This document shows, one piece after another, positions 19,659 to 28,935 of a stretch of 64,000 bases of DNA. The position numbers were made by a program, and so were the translations under genes. The stretch covers positions 1-64,000 of IMG/VR virus record IMGVR_UViG_3300047550_002778; one strand, given 5' to 3'. The notes below the pieces were generated by a model. The model did not search any database and was not told the origin of the DNA. It saw nothing but the letters and a program-made list of their open reading frames with translations. Numbering within the stretch: the stretch's first letter is position 1; every line of letters begins with the position of its first letter. The stretch is from an uncultured virus (IMG/VR IMGVR_UViG_3300047550_002778). Its lineage: Duplodnaviria; Heunggongvirae; Uroviricota; Caudoviricetes.

Positions 19659-22600
19659 TTATTCACTGAAACTTGCACCAGTTGGTAGAATGTTGAAGTC
19701 AAGCAATATGAATTCAGCAGTTCTAGTTGGTTGAATGTAGATTTGACCATATAGGATATTTCTATCAATTAGGTCAGGTGTATTGTTTTCAGCATCCATC
19801 TTAACTTGGTAAGCATAGATACCATTACGTTGTTGAACACTCTCCAAGTATGGATTGACGATACTCAAGAAACGGTTACGAGTTGAAGCAACATTTTGTT
19901 CAAATACCAAGTAGTTGCTTGAACTTGCGATAAACTTCTTCAAGTTGATCAACAAACGACGAACATTGATACGATCCAAGGCACTTGGAGCAATTTGTAG
20001 AGTCTTTTGACCCCAAACTACGATACCTTGACCTGGGAATGCTGCGATTGGGTTCACACGATTCTCATATAGAGTGTCACGTTCAGCATGTGTCAATCTG
20101 TCTAGGACTTGAACAGCTTGTGGGATACCACCACGATTTAGACCGGCTGGAGCATACCATTCTGCAGCAGCATTGTCGTTAGCAGCATAAACTGCTGGCA
20201 ACACTACTGAAGGAGGAACACTGATAATCTTATTCAAGTTTGTATCCAAAATCTTGACCCATGGATAGTAAGTTCCAACATAGTTACTATCAATTGTAGC
20301 AACAGTATTAATTGCTGCATCAATCAATCCTACGCTTTGATTACTTGCTGGGAAGACCACGTTGTCCATGATGTAGAAACAATCACCACGAGCTTCACAC
20401 ATTGTGATTGTAATTTCTGTTACATAACTGTGTTGTTCACGGAAAATACCAGGCAACACAATCAAGTTGATATCAAACTCATCAGCATTGCCTAGAGCAG
20501 CAATACATTGTTTGTAAGCAATACTACCTGGACTCTTGATAGTAGCACAATCCAAACCTTGAGTATTACCAGCAGTGATGTCAGATCCAACATTAATTGG
20601 AATTGCTGGCCATTGTCCATCAAATCCACCTTGGAATCCTACAACAAATTTACGTAGTTTTACATAAATTGGTTCGTTGACTGGATCGTATACACTTGGA
20701 ATACTACCACTCAAACTTGGAGCCAAGATCGAACCAGTGCTTTCTGATACGCCTTGAGCATAGTATGAACTATTTGTAGTTCCATACACTTTTGCTTCAA
20801 GATCGAAATCGATATTATCACCGTTTGAATCAGCACTACCAAAATATGGAAGTGGTTTGAAGTATTGTTTAGTATTATTTTCAACACCAACTGCGAACGA
20901 AGATGTTGGATATAGATAAGCTAGTTCTTCACTTGCTTCTGGAACTTCACCAAACACCGTTCCAGATGGATACTTACCTGGGGCAAGACCATAAATACTT
21001 GCCTTACTATAACGAACTGCTGGCAACAAGTTGCTCAAAGTTCCGTCAACAGGGGCGGAGTATGCTTGGAATCCATATGGAATTACAACCTCAGGGTAAG
21101 CAACATCAGTCATTTCAATTCTGATATACTTACTCAAGTTGACATATGTTCCATATTCAACAATCTTACCGGCGAATGTAATGTAAGCATAACGATCACC
21201 AATACGACGTGCAACGAAGTTAGGACTATCTGGATCAAGATTCAAGTTTTGGAAAATTTCCAAATACTTTGGACGTTTATCGGTGTCACTGTAAGCACGA
21301 ACTGCGAGGGTGAATGAACCCCAAGCACTACCTGGAACAGTGCCAGCCAATTTAACGTTGTTAATTTCAATCTTATACTTCTTGTTGCTCAATGTGCCAT
21401 CACTTAAAGTGTGAACCTTGAACAATTGGAATTTAGTTGGAGTAGCAGCTTCATCAGCACTACCCTTGAATGGAGCAATTTGTTGACTATAGATCCATGG
21501 TGTTTTTGCATTTGTAATAGCAAATTGTGAATCACCAGTATTTGGATCTAGTGAATATTGATCCAAAAACTTCATTGATTCACCAACACTGAATGAAGCG
21601 GATGGAGCTGTAGTTACACGTAGTCTCCAACCACCACCCTCAGCATTTGGACGGGTCTTTTGAGCAACAACTTGTTTTATTGTATCTTCAAAGAGAACAT
21701 AATTGTATGCTGCTTCAATTTTTTGACCTTGAACTTGTTTTGCTGGATTACCAACAGTTGGGTCAATACCGAACACATCCTTGATGTAGTTATTATCATC
21801 TTCATTCAAACTGAAGTCATAATAACCATATGTTCCAGCAAATACATTACTATCAGCATCTGTGAAACTATAGTTCAAGATCAACTGATAGATGTTTTCG
21901 TTAGGATTGACATTACCTTCATATGGATATACTGAACTTGTCAATTGACTGACAGTTGAGGTATCAAATCCATATACTTCATAATCACTACTGAATTGAG
22001 TAGAAGCATTTTGAGTATTTGCCAAAACAGCCATTACCACTGGCTTACGACCAGATGGTGGAGGATTACATGGATCTGAACCACCTGCACCGTCAGCTTG
22101 GAAATTACCAGTGAATGCGCCATAAGATCCAGAGATTAGACCCAAGAATCTCAAAGCAGCACCACAAGTAGCAGCACTACGAACTGTGGCAAAACTTGCG
22201 CTTTGAACATACAATGTGCTGGTAGCATCAAATGTGGCTTGATCGTAAGCAAGACTAATGTTACTCAAAGTTGAACTAATGTTCAAAATACTTGAAGTCA
22301 ATTTGAAATCAGTCTCTGTGCTTTCTTGAATTGCTTGTGCAATTTGATCATTAGGAGTTGCATCAGAACCTTGAATACTAGAAGTCAACTTAAAGTAACC
22401 AACTGCACCTGATGGTAGAGATTCACCAGTAAAGTATCTGGCAAGATATCCAGATTCTACAGTTCCAAGAGAAACTTGTTTACCTGCATATAATTTACTA
22501 CCACTCAATTGACCGGTTCCGTCATAATCTGATGGATAACCACTAGTCAAAGCAGCACTACCAAATCTTGCATTGATACTACCACTGAATTTTAGACGTG

Positions 22601-23630
22601 AGTTATCATATGATACAACAGAATCAAATCCGTTTCCAGTAGATTCGTCTGGATCATATGCACTTACAGTGACGTTGGTTCCAGCTGGAATTGCTGATGT
22701 AAGAATAACAAATGGCCATTTGACTTGCGCTCCACTCTTGATGATAGAAGCAGTCAAATAAGATGCGGAAGCATTTGATGAGAATGTTTTTGAAGTTCCA
22801 TTCCAAGTTCCGTGAATATTTTTATCAATTGCTCTTGTTGTCAAACCTGCACTGCTTGTGACATACAAACTACCTGATGGAATCCATTGTGTTACATCAA
22901 ACCAAGCAAGAGTATAATCTATACTACTATTAGTTGGTTGAACTGGATAACCACCAGCAACAGCTGATGCACTGAATGCTGTGTAAGCATTTGTAGAAGT
23001 AATTGTTACAAGCTTTCTGGCACCCAATAGTGATGCCAAAGATGCTGACAAATCACTAATGTATGTTAAATTTTGATTGCTACTCAAGAAACTTGTAATT
23101 TCAGCTGCGGTAGTTAATGTTCCAGTTACTTGCAAACCACCATCTGGTGTTGCTTGATATGTAGAAGAACCACTAAGTAGATAACCAGAAGCGGTATGTT
23201 CGTATTGAATATTAGCAGTATAATCTCCGCTGTCCAAATACATGAATGATGCGGTGGTTAATGCTCCAATATCATCAGTTCTGGTCCATTGACCCGGCTC
23301 AGCATATACAATCAATGGATTCTTTTGCCAATAACCAGTCAATCCACCTACGCGGACGACTGTCACAATACCTTGCTGTATAAGATATTCTTTGGCTGTA
23401 TATGGTCCGTAGTAAACACCGTCGGCGAGACCGAAACGTTGTTCTAGTGTTGCTACGTCTGTGATAATATTTGGGAAAAACGCAGGTCCGTCAGCAAACG
23501 GAGCCACGATTGCACCACCTATGTTGGCTACGCCTTGGGCTAGCCCCGATAAGTCATTTTCTCTGGTGAATACACCAGGACTTACTATTTGTTGTGTTGG
23601 ACTCCATCGTCCACCTTCTTGAATTGGCAT
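19659..23630 (-). CDS. Contractile tail sheath protein (T4 gp18-like), 1323 aa
   Basis: N-terminal SPGVFTRENDLS; C-terminal WYAPAGLNRG, LYENRVNPI, VWGQKTL, RINVRRLL, IQPTRTAEFILLDF. Confidence 0.95.
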   Translation of the reverse strand: MPIQEGGRWSPTQQIVSPGVFTRENDLSGLAQGVANIGGAIVAPFADGPAFFPNIITDVATLEQRFGLADGVYYGPYTAKEYLIQQGIVTVVRVGGLTGYWQKNPLIVYAEPGQWTRTDDIGALTTASFMYLDSGDYTANIQYEHTASGYLLSGSSTYQATPDGGLQVTGTLTTAAEITSFLSSNQNLTYISDLSASLASLLGARKLVTITSTNAYTAFSASAVAGGYPVQPTNSSIDYTLAWFDVTQWIPSGSLYVTSSAGLTTRAIDKNIHGTWNGTSKTFSSNASASYLTASIIKSGAQVKWPFVILTSAIPAGTNVTVSAYDPDESTGNGFDSVVSYDNSRLKFSGSINARFGSAALTSGYPSDYDGTGQLSGSKLYAGKQVSLGTVESGYLARYFTGESLPSGAVGYFKLTSSIQGSDATPNDQIAQAIQESTETDFKLTSSILNISSTLSNISLAYDQATFDATSTLYVQSASFATVRSAATCGAALRFLGLISGSYGAFTGNFQADGAGGSDPCNPPPSGRKPVVMAVLANTQNASTQFSSDYEVYGFDTSTVSQLTSSVYPYEGNVNPNENIYQLILNYSFTDADSNVFAGTYGYYDFSLNEDDNNYIKDVFGIDPTVGNPAKQVQGQKIEAAYNYVLFEDTIKQVVAQKTRPNAEGGGWRLRVTTAPSASFSVGESMKFLDQYSLDPNTGDSQFAITNAKTPWIYSQQIAPFKGSADEAATPTKFQLFKVHTLSDGTLSNKKYKIEINNVKLAGTVPGSAWGSFTLAVRAYSDTDKRPKYLEIFQNLNLDPDSPNFVARRIGDRYAYITFAGKIVEYGTYVNLSKYIRIEMTDVAYPEVVIPYGFQAYSAPVDGTLSNLLPAVRYSKASIYGLAPGKYPSGTVFGEVPEASEELAYLYPTSSFAVGVENNTKQYFKPLPYFGSADSNGDNIDFDLEAKVYGTTNSSYYAQGVSESTGSILAPSLSGSIPSVYDPVNEPIYVKLRKFVVGFQGGFDGQWPAIPINVGSDITAGNTQGLDCATIKSPGSIAYKQCIAALGNADEFDINLIVLPGIFREQHSYVTEITITMCEARGDCFYIMDNVVFPASNQSVGLIDAAINTVATIDSNYVGTYYPWVKILDTNLNKIISVPPSVVLPAVYAANDNAAAEWYAPAGLNRGGIPQAVQVLDRLTHAERDTLYENRVNPIAAFPGQGIVVWGQKTLQIAPSALDRINVRRLLINLKKFIASSSNYLVFEQNVASTRNRFLSIVNPYLESVQQRNGIYAYQVKMDAENNTPDLIDRNILYGQIYIQPTRTAEFILLDFNILPTGASFSE

Positions 23631-23745
23631 AATTTATGTTCCTTTCAGAGTGTCAACTTAACTTTTCCAAAAGTTATGTTTACTTTATAAATATTGCCAA
23701 AAAAGTGGAACACCTAACTATTTATAATATCTTAATTTTTTTTTA

Positions 23746-26700
23746 TTAAAAATCGATTTTGCTATACCCATTTTCTTTTTTAATCTCCAGATGCATATCT
23801 ACCATGTCTCTCATTTGATCTAAATGACTAATAATCCATATAAATTCAAATTGGTGTTTCAAATAAGTAAATAAAGCGCCCATCTGTCCCAAATGATCAC
23901 TGTCAGCACAGCCGAACCCTTCATCAATACAAATAATATTGGGTCTTGGTAGATTACTAATATTGATCAATGCCACTCGTATAGCTAATCCACTAATAAA
24001 CTTTTCCATACCACTTGCCATTTCCAAAGGCCAACGTTTATCATCATAAATAATGTTAGTCATGATATTTTTACCGTCTGTATTGAGAGATATGGTAAAT
24101 TCTACAATTTGATGAAGAATATTATTAACTTCTTTCTCAATTTCAGGCAAAGTCTTGGTAATCACATCATAAGGAATACCATCACGACTAATAACCGTAG
24201 TATATAACTTATATGATTCGTAACTTTCTTCAAGTTCTTTAACTTTATTTAATTGATCGGTAGTATTCTTATACTGAAGTGCCAACTTACCTTTTTCAGT
24301 AGAAGCATTCATCAAGTTATAATTAATAGACTTGATTTCGGTTTCAACTAATTTTAGTTTAGTCTTGACTTCTTCAATTTGATCTAATAACTTTGAATTA
24401 TTTTCAATAATATCTTTATTTTTATAGAAAGACTCAATATCTTTAATAATTTGTTTGTATTCAGACTTTAGTGTGACCAAACACTTTTCATCTCTAAGCA
24501 TTGCGGTTGTAATAACTTCACGCTTCTTTTCCAAGACAACTTTTTGATTATTGGTAGTCTTACATTCTTGATATTCAGCTTCTATATCACCATATGAATC
24601 AACTTGTTGTTTGATATTATTATACTCACCAACAATCTTGGAAGCATTTAATTTCTCAACTTCCAAATCTTTCTTTGTAGCAATAGCATCTTTTACGAAC
24701 ACGTTGTTGACACAAAAATCACAGTTTGGATCATACTTGTGTTCTTCAAGTTTCTTTAACTTTTCGACCTTGTTCTTGATAACCAATTTAAGCTTATCAA
24801 TTTCAGACTCTTTGGAATCTTGAAGTTTCTTGGCCTTCTTATACTCTTCATACTTTGAATCAATATCCTCACATGCCTTCAAAGAAGAACTCAACTGTTG
24901 AAGAGAACTTTCAACATCGGTTAGTTTATTTTTATATTCAACAATACCATTTTCAAAAGTCTGGATCTTATTATCATATTCAATCTTCTTGGATTCCAAA
25001 GATTCAATATCATCCGATTTGATATCATCCAATCTAACAATATTCTTACTCAACTGAAGAAGATTATTGTTATGTTGTTCTTTGATCTGTTCTTGTTCAC
25101 TTAAATCTTGATTAAACTGCTCAATATTTTTAATGTTTAAATCAATACTACCAGATATAGTTTGGAGTTCATTTTCCAATGTATCCTTACTAACATTCTT
25201 TAATAGAGTGTTTGTCTCTTTGAAGTTTTCGTTGGCAATATTGAACAACTGATCAAAAACATTCAGACCCATAAACTGACACAACAAGTCCTTACGTTCA
25301 GTCTGACCCAAATCGATGAAAGATCCAGCCTTACTGTTTTGAACACTCAATACAGTCAAAATAAAATCATCATATGTTCCCACATAATCTCTGATAATGT
25401 CGTTGGTGCTTCTACGAGCTTCGCCATTTAGTGGCACTTCGTTGCCGTCCTTGTCAATCTTGTAGAATTTAACATCGACCTTGACGTTGCCTTTCTTATC
25501 AGCTTTACCTTCACGCTCAATATAATAATCAACGCCGCTCACCTCAAAATTGAACTTACATTTGAAGCTCATTTTTTGTGTATTGAGAACATGACTTGCC
25601 TTATATCCTTTACTAAATTTATCAAATACACAAAACGCCAAAGCATCCATGATACTAGACTTACCACTTGCATTTGGAGCAAACAAACCAATAGTTCCCT
25701 TTAGTTTGGTAAAATCGATGTAATTACCTTCACCGTAACTAAACATATTATCAAATTCAAAGATCTTTGGTTTCCATCGAATATTCTTTGGAGTTTTATC
25801 TCTCGGAATTTGTGTATTGATTGTTTTGTTAAGTTCTTTAACTTTCTCAATCAATGATGGTTGAACTTTCTTTGACTTGAGACTATCCTCAATCAATTTA
25901 TTTTGATAATCTACATTAAAAATGTTATGAATATCAAGAACGTGAGTAGACTTGTTTGTATTATAATCAAACTCATCAATTCTAATAAATGTAGACTCAA
26001 GAATCTCACATTTGTCTTTGATATCATTCATCACTTCTTTTACTTGAGAAGGAATAGACTCAAAACACTTGGTTCTGATACGTGCCTTCTTGGGCAAATC
26101 AGAAAGATCAGTAGTCAACTGACCCTTATTGATTTCAACAGTATAAAATCCATAATCATTTGGAAGTTCATAGTGTTTATACAACTTACGTTTCAAATCC
26201 CACAACAAAAATCCATGACCCTTGAGTTCCTCACCATGATTTTGTTGAATCATTGAACCAGCATACACAATAACAGGCTTGGAAGTATCTTCATCATACT
26301 CTTGAAGAATTTGATGTTTATGAATATCTCCCAACATAACCATATGATGACCGTCAAATAAGTCATTCATGATAGTTCTGTTACTGACCGTATAACCAAC
26401 GTCGGTTACAGCATCATTAACTGGACCGTGGAATAGTGCGATGTGATGATCAGTTTCCACCTTATACCTTGAAGGAATGGTGTAATAGTTGATATACTTA
26501 TCTGGTTCATCAAACACGCTGAAATGATTGAACAAAATATTTTCATATCTAAACGTATCACTTGGTTTTAAATAAAATAGATTGGTATGTTGAAGCGCAT
26601 CAACAATAGGAGTCAAACAATCCAATCGTGACTTATTTGCAAGTGTAGCATCATGGTTACCCGCAATCAGTATTGTGGGAACACGGTCTGCGCAATTCTT

Positions 26701-26934
26701 GAGAAAGTCACTACCAATCTTGACACACTCTGGACTCAAATCGGATTTGTTGTGAAATACGTCGCCAGTAATCACACAAATCAAATTGGTGTTTTTCTTC
26801 AACTTGTCCAATACAGTGTAAAATCTCTCAAACACTGAGAGATATTCGTCGTGACGTTTTGTGAGCCTAATATGAATATCAGACACTTGAACAACATTGT
26901 CAATTTTACCGCCTGTATTTTTTAATACTATCAT
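23746..26934 (-). CDS. Fused Mre11/SbcD nuclease and Rad50/SbcC ATPase (T4 gp47+gp46-like)
   Basis: SDIHI, GDVFH, GNHD and GDIHK phosphoesterase motifs; Walker A APNASGKSS; zinc hook CDFC within a coiled coil; ASGMEK signature; Walker B ICIDEGFG. Confidence 0.92.
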   Translation of the reverse strand: MIVLKNTGGKIDNVVQVSDIHIRLTKRHDEYLSVFERFYTVLDKLKKNTNLICVITGDVFHNKSDLSPECVKIGSDFLKNCADRVPTILIAGNHDATLANKSRLDCLTPIVDALQHTNLFYLKPSDTFRYENILFNHFSVFDEPDKYINYYTIPSRYKVETDHHIALFHGPVNDAVTDVGYTVSNRTIMNDLFDGHHMVMLGDIHKHQILQEYDEDTSKPVIVYAGSMIQQNHGEELKGHGFLLWDLKRKLYKHYELPNDYGFYTVEINKGQLTTDLSDLPKKARIRTKCFESIPSQVKEVMNDIKDKCEILESTFIRIDEFDYNTNKSTHVLDIHNIFNVDYQNKLIEDSLKSKKVQPSLIEKVKELNKTINTQIPRDKTPKNIRWKPKIFEFDNMFSYGEGNYIDFTKLKGTIGLFAPNASGKSSIMDALAFCVFDKFSKGYKASHVLNTQKMSFKCKFNFEVSGVDYYIEREGKADKKGNVKVDVKFYKIDKDGNEVPLNGEARRSTNDIIRDYVGTYDDFILTVLSVQNSKAGSFIDLGQTERKDLLCQFMGLNVFDQLFNIANENFKETNTLLKNVSKDTLENELQTISGSIDLNIKNIEQFNQDLSEQEQIKEQHNNNLLQLSKNIVRLDDIKSDDIESLESKKIEYDNKIQTFENGIVEYKNKLTDVESSLQQLSSSLKACEDIDSKYEEYKKAKKLQDSKESEIDKLKLVIKNKVEKLKKLEEHKYDPNCDFCVNNVFVKDAIATKKDLEVEKLNASKIVGEYNNIKQQVDSYGDIEAEYQECKTTNNQKVVLEKKREVITTAMLRDEKCLVTLKSEYKQIIKDIESFYKNKDIIENNSKLLDQIEEVKTKLKLVETEIKSINYNLMNASTEKGKLALQYKNTTDQLNKVKELEESYESYKLYTTVISRDGIPYDVITKTLPEIEKEVNNILHQIVEFTISLNTDGKNIMTNIIYDDKRWPLEMASGMEKFISGLAIRVALINISNLPRPNIICIDEGFGCADSDHLGQMGALFTYLKHQFEFIWIISHLDQMRDMVDMHLEIKKENGYSKIDF

Positions 26935-27845
26935 ATTTTATTTTTAATTTTCAATTTGAATAAATCTCCGTCTGTTATCTTACCACTGGCATCTATGGCT
27001 TTCCAAGTATTTATATGTCCGAGTTCATTTGGATCTTTGCCATTCAACATAACAAGATGTGCATCAATACCATTATGAATGAGAAATTCACAGATATCCA
27101 AACTACTCTTCAAAGCATCATTATCCAACAAAACATTCACTCTAGGTGGTTTCTGGTGAATTAATTTTATCTTTAACTTGTCTGATAAAGTTTTTCCAAA
27201 CAGTGGAATAACATTATATTTTACAGAAAAAGCGTCAAATACACCCTCAACCAAAGTCACTGGTTTGCTGAAATCTGTAAACAATTCAAAACCAATAATA
27301 TCTTTAGTAGAGTCACACAATCTATATTTCATTTTACTATCATATACATCTCTACCACAGTAAAAGTTCAATTCTCCGGTAGCAGAATACGATGGAATCA
27401 CTACTCTATTTTTAAAAGTTCCATCAGTGCAATATCCAATATTATAACGAACAATATCATACACTGTTAGACCCCGTTTAAAACAATAACTTAATGCGTG
27501 TTTATGAAATACTTCTGTAGATGCTTTGTATAAAGGTTTAAATTCAGAAGGTAACAACAACTTCTTATTATCTGTTTTGTTCTTGGTTTTTGGAGCCTTG
27601 ATCTTACATAGAATTTGATAATATTCTGATGGTGCCTTTATTTTATTTAGAAGACTCTTGAATCCTTTACCACCAAAATTACAAACCCAACAATGATAAT
27701 ATCCAGTTGTGGTATTTACGTTTAGTTTTCTTTTATAATGATTACAGTTAGGACAGAAAAACATCAACTCCGTTCCACCTTTTTGAATGGACGGTTTGTG
27801 TTTGAATAATCTGGTAAGTGTATCAATTATAGAAATTTCTACCAT
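26931..27845 (-). CDS. DNA primase (DnaG/TOPRIM type)
   Basis: Zn finger CPNC...CWVC; TOPRIM VEGVFDA and LLDND; KDPNE. Confidence 0.88.
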   Translation of the reverse strand: MVEISIIDTLTRLFKHKPSIQKGGTELMFFCPNCNHYKRKLNVNTTTGYYHCWVCNFGGKGFKSLLNKIKAPSEYYQILCKIKAPKTKNKTDNKKLLLPSEFKPLYKASTEVFHKHALSYCFKRGLTVYDIVRYNIGYCTDGTFKNRVVIPSYSATGELNFYCGRDVYDSKMKYRLCDSTKDIIGFELFTDFSKPVTLVEGVFDAFSVKYNVIPLFGKTLSDKLKIKLIHQKPPRVNVLLDNDALKSSLDICEFLIHNGIDAHLVMLNGKDPNELGHINTWKAIDASGKITDGDLFKLKIKNKI

Positions 27846-27889
27846 AAGTCTTAGTTTATATTACACGACAATCTGGTAGAATCAACTTT

Positions 27890-28402
27890 TTATTTTTCCG
27901 TATACATCGCACACACGATTCCATCATACATGTCACTGTTTCGTTCGTCCCAATTACCTTTTTTATTTTTTATGGTGAACTTGGTAACGTTCGGCATCAT
28001 TTTTTCCAATTCGGCTTTTACAAAATCTTTTGGTTTAATGCCCTTAACTCTACATTTTCCAAATAAATGTTTACGCATTGTGGTGACACTTAATAAGTTA
28101 ACTTTCTTTTTGAAGTGTTCTTCCAAAATATAAGCAAATACAGCGTTATGTCTTGCTAATGTTATAATAACTTGTTGTGATGTAAATCCACCAGCAAATC
28201 CACTCAATGCAGCTTCAAGATTGATGTAATCAATTTTTTTGATGAGAGGAATTTTTTCTAATTCAGATATAACACGAAATGTCTTTTCTTTTGTAGTCTC
28301 TAATTTTTTAGTGTCAATGAAACCAGCATGTTCGATTTTTCCATCGACATTAAACGCCCATCCAGTAACTGATGTAGAAGAGTCTAAACCCAATATAACC
28401 AT
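27890..28402 (-). CDS. RuvC-like Holliday junction resolvase
   Basis: ILGLDSSTSVTGW, INLE and DMYDGIV acidic RNase H-fold residues. Confidence 0.8.
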   Translation of the reverse strand: MVILGLDSSTSVTGWAFNVDGKIEHAGFIDTKKLETTKEKTFRVISELEKIPLIKKIDYINLEAALSGFAGGFTSQQVIITLARHNAVFAYILEEHFKKKVNLLSVTTMRKHLFGKCRVKGIKPKDFVKAELEKMMPNVTKFTIKNKKGNWDERNSDMYDGIVCAMYTEK

Positions 28403-28416
28403 TAATAATAGATATA

Positions 28417-28902
28417 TTAACGAGTAAAAGAACCATTAATATATTTGTTGGAATTAAATCCTTTTAAATATAAAGATAGTTGTCTTGATTGATTGCCAAT
28501 AGCATCTTTGAATTGGGTAGAACCAACTGTTGCTTTCAATCTAAAACCGGGATCCACCGTATATAATGCATCTTTTACAGACGATTGTCCATTCCAATTA
28601 GTAGAAATTTTATTCACACCATCGGTTTTAACGCCGCCGTTAATAGTGTCACTATAATTTAATGACTTCTGATTGAAATTTTCTGTGCCAGGAGTTACAC
28701 CCAAAACAAATCCCTTAGATACAGTATATGATGTATCATATGTGCTTCCACCTAACGACAACTCATTGGCTCCAGTAGTCTTGACGTTCTTTTGAACTGG
28801 TTGATATGCACCACCAGCAGGTTGACCAGCTTTATATCTATCGGCTAAACTGGTTTTACTTGATTCACGATCAATTATTTTTGCATCGGTTGAAGTTGCC
28901 AT
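28417..28902 (-). CDS. Hypothetical protein with internal duplication
   Basis: YTVSKGFVLGVTPGTENFN and YTVDPGFRLKATVGSTQFK repeats; late box upstream. Confidence 0.6.
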   Translation of the reverse strand: MATSTDAKIIDRESSKTSLADRYKAGQPAGGAYQPVQKNVKTTGANELSLGGSTYDTSYTVSKGFVLGVTPGTENFNQKSLNYSDTINGGVKTDGVNKISTNWNGQSSVKDALYTVDPGFRLKATVGSTQFKDAIGNQSRQLSLYLKGFNSNKYINGSFTR

Positions 28903-28935
28903 ATATTTTTTGTGTTATCTTTATAATAAATAGGT

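Noticed and set aside
27855..27885. Sigma70-like promoter for primase (TTGATT-N16-TAATAT, minus strand)
   Set aside because: Weak match in AT-rich DNA; plausible but not supportable as a feature.
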